DNA of 64,000 nucleotides from Chloroflexota bacterium (GTDB lineage Bacteria; Chloroflexota; Anaerolineae; UBA2200): NCBI GenBank assembly GCA_014360905.1, contig JACIWW010000001.1, positions 146,692 to 210,691 of the forward strand, read 5' to 3'. Shown piece by piece: positions 58,659 to 64,000 of this stretch (position 1 is its first letter; each line of letters starts with the position of its first letter). The notes under the pieces were generated by a model. It saw only the letters and a program-made list of their open reading frames with translations, ran no database searches and was not told where the DNA came from. The position numbers and the translations under genes were made by a program.

Positions 58659-59816
58659 CTAATCCGGCTTTACTATGATCTTGCCATGCTGCCGTGCGCC
58701 AGATTGGGCAATGGCATCTACCACGTGGTCAAGGTCATAGCGCGCCGTGATAATAGGCGTCAGGTCCAACCGGCCAGAAGCCACTAGACGAATGACATTG
58801 GGGAAATTGCCATGGCCGGAATGACCCTGTGAGCCATAGATTTGCCCACGCCGCACCTGGAACGTCTCGAGATAAATCGGCACCCGTTGCGCCGCACGGC
58901 CAATTTGCACGATCTTACCGTTGATGGCCAGGCTTTTCTCCATCTCCGGCACGGTCAAGTGAGGAGCACCAGCAGCCTCTACAAATAAGTCAGCCCCTTG
59001 TCCCCCGGTCAGGTCCATGATCGCTTCGCTTGGCTTAACTTGCCTGGGATCGTACGCATAGTCCGCCCCAACTTTCTTGGCCAGTTCCCGTCGCTGCGGG
59101 GAAACCTCGAAGGCAATAATCTTCCCAGCGCCGGCTGCTTCGGCTAAACCCACCGCGGCCAGTCCAATGGGCCCTGTGCCAAACACAACAACATAGGCAC
59201 CTGGCCGAAAGCCTCCAGCGCGCTCAAACATGGCATTGTAGGTGACGCATGTGGGCTCGGTCAAAGCGCCTGCTTCGTAGGCTTTCTCTTCGCTTTCGAA
59301 GATGGTTTTATAATCGTTGATCTTCCAGCAGTACTTGGCACCAATAGCGATGTACTGGGCAAATGCGCCGGGGATGGTGAAACCAATCTCCTCCAGGTTT
59401 TCGCAATGATTGGGGAACCCGTTACGGCATGGGGTACAATAACCACACCAGATCATTTCCTCGGCAGTGACCATATCACCAGGCACCAAGCCTTTCACTT
59501 GCTTGCCTACCTCTGCGACCACGCCGGAGAACTCGTGCCCCAGAATAGTGGGGAATTTGGTGAGTCCGGGATAGAGGATATAACCCTGCTCATCCGTCTC
59601 ATAGAAATGGATATCCGAACCACAGACACCGCAAGCCTTCACCCGAATCAGAACCTGGTCTGGCCCGGGAATTGGCCGCTCCACCTCCCGAACCTTCAGC
59701 TGGGGGTTTCGCCAAACACTGCTGCCAGTGATGGCTTTCCCCGTTTGGCGCTCGAAATCCGAGAGAATGTACCCTTCTCTGGGTTTCCACTCTGCATTGA
59801 GCACTAGTGCCTTCAT
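58659..59816 (-). CDS. Zinc-dependent alcohol/polyol dehydrogenase (MDR superfamily, sorbitol/threonine DH-like)
   Basis: CGVCGSDIHFYE and GHEFSGVVAEVG are the Zn ligands, with a second Cys cluster CGYCTPC. ATG with RBS AGAGGAGGAAAC. Confidence 0.85.
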   Translation of the reverse strand: MKALVLNAEWKPREGYILSDFERQTGKAITGSSVWRNPQLKVREVERPIPGPDQVLIRVKACGVCGSDIHFYETDEQGYILYPGLTKFPTILGHEFSGVVAEVGKQVKGLVPGDMVTAEEMIWCGYCTPCRNGFPNHCENLEEIGFTIPGAFAQYIAIGAKYCWKINDYKTIFESEEKAYEAGALTEPTCVTYNAMFERAGGFRPGAYVVVFGTGPIGLAAVGLAEAAGAGKIIAFEVSPQRRELAKKVGADYAYDPRQVKPSEAIMDLTGGQGADLFVEAAGAPHLTVPEMEKSLAINGKIVQIGRAAQRVPIYLETFQVRRGQIYGSQGHSGHGNFPNVIRLVASGRLDLTPIITARYDLDHVVDAIAQSGARQHGKIIVKPD

Positions 59817-59835
59817 ACTCGGGTTTCCTCCTCTT

Positions 59836-60846
59836 TTATGTATTTTCCTTGCATCGGGTACACGAAGCCCGCACAATCAGTTCGCCCTGCAGCACAATAT
59901 TGTGCACATCCTTCTTCCCTGAGAGCAGTTCGAGCAGCATACGCATAGCTAGTTGCCCCATCTCATGCTTTGGCTGGGCTACCGTGGTCAGCGAGGGGTC
60001 AACATAGGCTGCCAGTGCGATGTCGTCAAAACCGATCACGGACATGTCTTGAGGCACGTGCACTCGTGCCTCCTTCAATGCCCTCAGCGCTCCGATAGCC
60101 GTCATGTCGTTGTAACAGAAAATGGCAGTAGGTGGCTGGGGCAAGGAGAGCAAGCTCTGTACCCCCGTTTGTCCACCTTCCATCCGACCATTGCCGCTGG
60201 TGACCAAGCGAGGGTCATATCGGATCCGATGAGATTTCAATGCCTGCCTATAGCCATGCAGGCGATCGCGATTGGAACTGACTTCGGGGGATCCACCAAT
60301 ATAGCCGATCCTTCTATGTCCCAATTCAATCAGGTACTCTGTGGCCAAGCAGCCGCCATGGACGTTGTCCGTGGCTACGGACCAGACATACCGACCAGCC
60401 CGTTGATTATTGATGAGCACAACTGGCACCTTCATCTCTTCGAGCAGAGGGAGATAGAGGTCCCCTACCCGAGAAGAAGTTACGATAACCCCATCTACGC
60501 GATTCTCGTGGAGGAGGCGTACCACGGCGACTTCACGTTGTGGCTGAGCATTGGAATTGCAGAGGAACACGCTGTAGCCATGATCCAGCGCTAGTTCCTC
60601 CACCCCGCGCACGATCTCGGCTACAAAAGGATCAGCAATCGTGGTAACAACCAAACCGATGGTGCGAGTGCTCTGTGTTACCAGGCCGCGAGCGACACCA
60701 CTGGGTACATACCCCATTTCCTCAGCAAGACGCCGTATCCTGCGCTTGGTCTCATCGTTGACCAGGGGACTGTCTCTAAGCGCTCGGGAGACGGTGGAAT
60801 GGGAAACTCCTGCTGCTTTGGCCACCTCTTTGATGGACACGCCCAT
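59836..60846 (-). CDS. LacI family transcriptional regulator (second)
   Basis: HTH MGVSIKEVAKAAGVSHSTVSRAL. ATG with RBS AAGGA. Only 19 nt separate it from the downstream dehydrogenase, so it is first in the operon. Confidence 0.85.
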   Translation of the reverse strand: MGVSIKEVAKAAGVSHSTVSRALRDSPLVNDETKRRIRRLAEEMGYVPSGVARGLVTQSTRTIGLVVTTIADPFVAEIVRGVEELALDHGYSVFLCNSNAQPQREVAVVRLLHENRVDGVIVTSSRVGDLYLPLLEEMKVPVVLINNQRAGRYVWSVATDNVHGGCLATEYLIELGHRRIGYIGGSPEVSSNRDRLHGYRQALKSHRIRYDPRLVTSGNGRMEGGQTGVQSLLSLPQPPTAIFCYNDMTAIGALRALKEARVHVPQDMSVIGFDDIALAAYVDPSLTTVAQPKHEMGQLAMRMLLELLSGKKDVHNIVLQGELIVRASCTRCKENT

Positions 60847-60872
60847 GGCTGCATCCTTGACGCCAGGTATTT

Positions 60873-60921
60873 TGCACACGTGTGCATTTAATATTTTAAC
60901 AGAGAATAGCAACCTTGTCAA
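60873..60921 (-). promoter_or_regulatory. Sigma70 promoter (TTGACA-N17-TAAAAT on - strand) with abutting perfect 14-bp palindrome TGCACACGTGTGCA (candidate LacI operator)
   Basis: Reverse complement reads TTGACAaggttgctattctctgtTAAAATattaaaTGCACACGTGTGCA...AAGGATGCAGCCATG, the same promoter-then-operator layout as at the first lacI gene. Confidence 0.45.
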
Positions 60922-61009
60922 ATCTGGCGTGCGCTTGCGCCCGAAGCCATCTTAAGTGCGAGAGGGAGAGGATTGTTTCACCACCGAAAGTACTATCGAA
61001 TGCTTGTTC

Positions 61010-61483
61010 CTATGGCTGTCGCGGGGTAAAGCCAGTCTGACCCGTATAACGCACGCCGTCGTAGTCAAAGGTAACCGTAATTGGCAGGAATACACCAGGC
61101 ACATAGTCCCGCACAGGGAGCGTGCAGACCCCGGCCCCGTAGATAATGAGCACATCGCACTGCTTGGTGCCATCTTTCACAGGGTACTCCGCCCGCATCA
61201 TCAGCCCACCGAGGCGCACGCCGTTCCTAATGATGCTCCCCCGCACAGTGACATAGGAACCGAGCGTCGGCGTGGGGTCATCCACCCAGAGATCCAGTTC
61301 AATGCGCGCACCATCGGGATGTACCATGAAATTCGGCTGCGGCGAGGGCGAGAGTTGAACAGTGGGTGCGATGCTTGACATCGCGGTCGGCAGCAACGTG
61401 GGAATGGTTGTCGCAGTCGGCATTGCACTCTGTGCACACGATGTCAGCACAAGGATCAAGAGAAGAAATACACTATATCTCAC
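61010..61483 (-). CDS. Hypothetical lipoprotein (157 aa)
   Basis: GTG start 7 nt after AAGGAG. Signal with lipobox LVLTSC and a Pro/Thr/Ser-rich spacer. Confidence 0.45.
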   Translation of the reverse strand: MRYSVFLLLILVLTSCAQSAMPTATTIPTLLPTAMSSIAPTVQLSPSPQPNFMVHPDGARIELDLWVDDPTPTLGSYVTVRGSIIRNGVRLGGLMMRAEYPVKDGTKQCDVLIIYGAGVCTLPVRDYVPGVFLPITVTFDYDGVRYTGQTGFTPRQP

Positions 61484-61758
61484 TGGATAGCTCCTTGATC
61501 AAGCGATTGTTCATGGGTAAATAAGGCAATATCTGGGCAACTGCCTGCAAAGCGCATGGGCAGCGCTGCCCAAAGCATCAAACCCGCGTGCAGATTCTAA
61601 TGATACCAACCCTTATGGTCAAACCGTTCTTGATGGTGTGAAACAACATGCGCAATTGACCCGAGGTAATTCCCCAGTACAATATAAGTGCACAGGGGTT
61701 CTTTTGTGAGTGATGCCCCTTTGCTTTGTCCAAAATAACATGAATTTGGGGAGGAAAC

Positions 61759-63633
61759 ATGATCCGTACTGACGGGCCATGGTTCAAAGACGAACATGGA
61801 CGGACACTCATCCTGCGTGGCGTGAACCTGGGAGGGAGCAGCAAGGTGCCATTCCGCCCAAACGGAGCGACCCACATCCGCGAAGGATTCTATGACCACC
61901 GCAATGTCTCCTTCGTCGGACGTCCTTTCCCTCTCGGGGAAGCAGATGAGCATTTCTCCCGTTTGCGTGCCTGGGGATTCACCTTCTTGCGCTTTCTGGT
62001 CACCTGGGAAGCAGTGGAGCACGCAGGCCCAGGCATCTACGATGAGGAATACCTGGACTATCTCTATGCCATAGTGCGCAAGGCAGACGAGTACGGCATC
62101 CGCTTGTTCATCGACCCGCACCAGGATGTCTGGAGCCGTATGTCCGGCGGTGACGGCGCGCCAGGCTGGACTTTTGAGGCGGTGGGCATGGACGTCACCT
62201 GCTTCTCCGAAACTGGCGCAGCCATCATCCATGCCATTCATGGCGATCCCTTCCCGCCCATGATCTGGCCAAGCAACTACAACAAACTGGCAGCGGCGAC
62301 GATGTTCACTCTCTTCTTCGGCGGCAACGACTTCGCCCCTTGCACCCGAGTAGATGGCGAACCAGTGCAAGATTTTCTACAGCGCCACTACATCAACGCC
62401 ATGAAACGAGTTGCACAGCGGTTGTCGGGCCTGCCCAATGTTGTGGGCTACGATACATTGAACGAGCCCTCATCTGGGTACATAGGCTGGCCAAACTTGA
62501 ACTACGCTGGGCCATTGCTGCTGGGGGAAACGCCGACGCCTTTCCAGTCCATGGTGCTGGGTGCAGGCTTCCCACAGGAAGTAGGGATATGGGAGATGCG
62601 CATCACCGGAGCCAAGTTACGTGAAAAGCGGCTTGTCAATCCCCAAGGAGTGCGCGTTTGGTTGCCTGGGTACGACTGCATTTGGAAGGAGCATGGCGTA
62701 TGGGACGTGGACGCAGAAAGCAAGCCGCGTTTGCTTCGCCCCGACTACTTTACCCAGGTCAATGGACGCCGCGTGGACTTTGTCAATGACCACCTGCGTC
62801 CTTTCCTCAACCGCTATGCCCAGGAAATACGTTCCGTTGCTCCTGACGCGATCATCTTCCTGGAGAGCGTGCCAGCCCAGAGACATCCCCACTGGGGGCC
62901 GGAAGATGCACCGAACGTGGTCAATGCCGCCCACTGGTACGACGGCTTGACCCTGTTCACCAAGCACTTTCGCTCCTATCTGACCATGGACTTTCACACG
63001 GGCAAACTCGTCCTTGGCCCATGGCGGATACGAGGCTCCTTCTTCGAGCAGATTGCCCGCATCAAAGCAGAGGCTGCAAGTAAAATGGGGAATATCCCCA
63101 CGCTCATCGGCGAATTCGGAATCCCCTTCGATATGCAGGGAAAACGCGCCTACCGCACAGGTGATTTCTCCCTGCAGACGCGGGCAATGGATGCCAGTTT
63201 CCAGACTATGGAAGCCAACCTGGTCAGTTGCACACTGTGGAATTACACTGCCGACAACGATAACGTCCATGGCGACCAGTGGAACGATGAGGATCTCTCT
63301 ATCTTCAGCCGTGACCAGCAGACTGACCCTAGCGACATCCACTCTGGTGGTCGGGCGCTTCCAGCCGTCGTGCGTCCCTACGCACAGGCAACCGCCGGGG
63401 AGCCCTTGCGCATGAGTTTCAATTACAAGTCCCGCACTTTCGAATTCGAGTTCCGCCACGATCCGGCCGTGCGGGCGCCCACAGAGATCTTCGTGCCCAA
63501 TTACCAGTACCCTGATGGTTACCTGGTCGAGGTATCCGATGGCAATTACGAAGTGGATCGCGAGTCCCAGACGCTCATCTACCGGCACAGTATGGAGCGT
63601 GAGACGCATTCCATCCGAGTGAGACCTAAATAG
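61759..63633 (+). CDS. Glycoside hydrolase family 5 protein (cytoplasmic, glucosylceramidase/endoglycoceramidase-like)
   Basis: LNEPSSGYIGW is the NEP acid/base motif, and IGEFGIPFD is the GEFG-type nucleophile. No signal peptide. Confidence 0.7.
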   Translation: MIRTDGPWFKDEHGRTLILRGVNLGGSSKVPFRPNGATHIREGFYDHRNVSFVGRPFPLGEADEHFSRLRAWGFTFLRFLVTWEAVEHAGPGIYDEEYLDYLYAIVRKADEYGIRLFIDPHQDVWSRMSGGDGAPGWTFEAVGMDVTCFSETGAAIIHAIHGDPFPPMIWPSNYNKLAAATMFTLFFGGNDFAPCTRVDGEPVQDFLQRHYINAMKRVAQRLSGLPNVVGYDTLNEPSSGYIGWPNLNYAGPLLLGETPTPFQSMVLGAGFPQEVGIWEMRITGAKLREKRLVNPQGVRVWLPGYDCIWKEHGVWDVDAESKPRLLRPDYFTQVNGRRVDFVNDHLRPFLNRYAQEIRSVAPDAIIFLESVPAQRHPHWGPEDAPNVVNAAHWYDGLTLFTKHFRSYLTMDFHTGKLVLGPWRIRGSFFEQIARIKAEAASKMGNIPTLIGEFGIPFDMQGKRAYRTGDFSLQTRAMDASFQTMEANLVSCTLWNYTADNDNVHGDQWNDEDLSIFSRDQQTDPSDIHSGGRALPAVVRPYAQATAGEPLRMSFNYKSRTFEFEFRHDPAVRAPTEIFVPNYQYPDGYLVEVSDGNYEVDRESQTLIYRHSMERETHSIRVRPK

Positions 63634-64000
63634 AAAGCAATGCCTGATTCCCTGCTCGAATCTGTCGTTTCAGTTCCTCCATAGCCTGCACATCGGCACA
63701 AGGGTAGATGGAATTGTTGTGCAGCAGGGGATCCGCATCTGCTGGAATGCACCCTGCGCTGACCGCTGCCTGCCATTCGGTTGTCCCAGGCACAGGCGAA
63801 AACTCAGCAGCATGCACCTGGATGCCCAAGCGATGGGCAAAAGCAACGGTAGCACGTACCTTTCCCAGATCCTGTCCAGGTCGCCCAATCAGCACGTAGG
63901 CGGATATTTCGCGCGCCGTGAAACCCGCACCCTGTAGTGCTTTCACCGCCTGGGCAAAACTTGCCTCGTCCACCTTGCCACCATCGCGCTGCTCCTCTTC
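63626..64000 (-). CDS. Partial CDS (5' end outside window): C-terminal part of a radical SAM-like protein
   Basis: The frame continues without a stop to the window edge. ISAYVLIGRPGQD...HAAEFSPVPGTTEW resembles the LIxGxPGQT...L.P.PGT pattern of HemN-like radical SAM domains. Weak. Confidence 0.3.
   Translation of the reverse strand, partial: EEEQRDGGKVDEASFAQAVKALQGAGFTAREISAYVLIGRPGQDLGKVRATVAFAHRLGIQVHAAEFSPVPGTTEWQAAVSAGCIPADADPLLHNNSIYPCADVQAMEELKRQIRAGNQALLSI

Noticed and set aside
61597-63609. 257-aa and 330-aa ORFs antisense to the GH5 gene
   Set aside because: The GH5 frame carries clear catalytic motifs (NEP and GEFG). The antisense ORFs lack RBSs and recognisable features.

Overview
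This 64 kb window looks like a chromosomal segment from a Chloroflexota-type genome, based on GC around 58%, the codon usage, and the characteristic GGxVFKSTDGGxxW BNR-propeller repeat proteins. It is densely coding, with about 50 genes and no rRNA, tRNA, CRISPR, integrase or transposase.

Modules in order along the + strand:
- **(1) 1-12.6 kb, amino-acid catabolic island.** A B12-binding domain C-terminus and an SDR are followed by a two-subunit AcnX (cis-3-hydroxy-L-proline dehydratase type) and a DAO-family FAD oxidoreductase. Next come two proline-racemase/DapA-like gene pairs, an IlvD/EDD dehydratase, a tungsten-type aldehyde:ferredoxin oxidoreductase, a MoaD/ThiS-like protein and a free-standing YbaK/ProX deacylase. 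This points to hydroxyproline (and possibly sugar-acid) catabolism converging on alpha-ketoglutarate semialdehyde.
- **(2) 12.8-16.7 kb.** A 1272-aa one-component regulator fuses a SARP/BTAD DNA-binding N-terminus, a STAND ATPase and TPR region, and a C-terminal family-5 solute-binding-protein domain.
- **(3) 16.8-24.7 kb.** A 1272-aa secreted BNR/Asp-box multi-propeller protein has highly repetitive DNA. A small coupled ORF follows, then a 1218-aa secreted protein with a Thr/Pro linker, a DNRLRE domain, a metzincin-like HExxH Zn peptidase and Ig-like domains.
- **(4) 24.7-36.2 kb, maltodextrin-type locus.** LacI, SBP, two permeases, two GH13 enzymes, and three uroporphyrinogen-decarboxylase-family paralogs.
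- **(5) 36.4-43.0 kb.** A PaaI thioesterase and a roughly 2023-aa lipoprotein alpha-2-macroglobulin with an intact CSEQ thioester motif, followed by an orphan B12-binding radical-SAM gene, DJ-1/PfpI and a hypothetical.
- **(6) 46.3-48.0 kb (- strand).** A DUF47/PiT phosphate transporter pair.
- **(7) 48.0-60.9 kb (- strand), unknown-substrate catabolic operon.** A LacI regulator heads an operon with a Zn-ADH, Gfo/Idh/MocA, three xylose-isomerase-like TIM barrels, a PotABCD-type ABC transporter, two PfkB kinases and a creatininase-family hydrolase.
- **(8) 61-64 kb.** A lipoprotein, an intracellular GH5, and a partial radical-SAM-like C-terminus.

Several sigma70-like promoters carrying LacI-type palindromic operators, and several terminator-like hairpins, are visible. 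All coordinates I derived myself for regulatory elements may be off by 1-2 nt.
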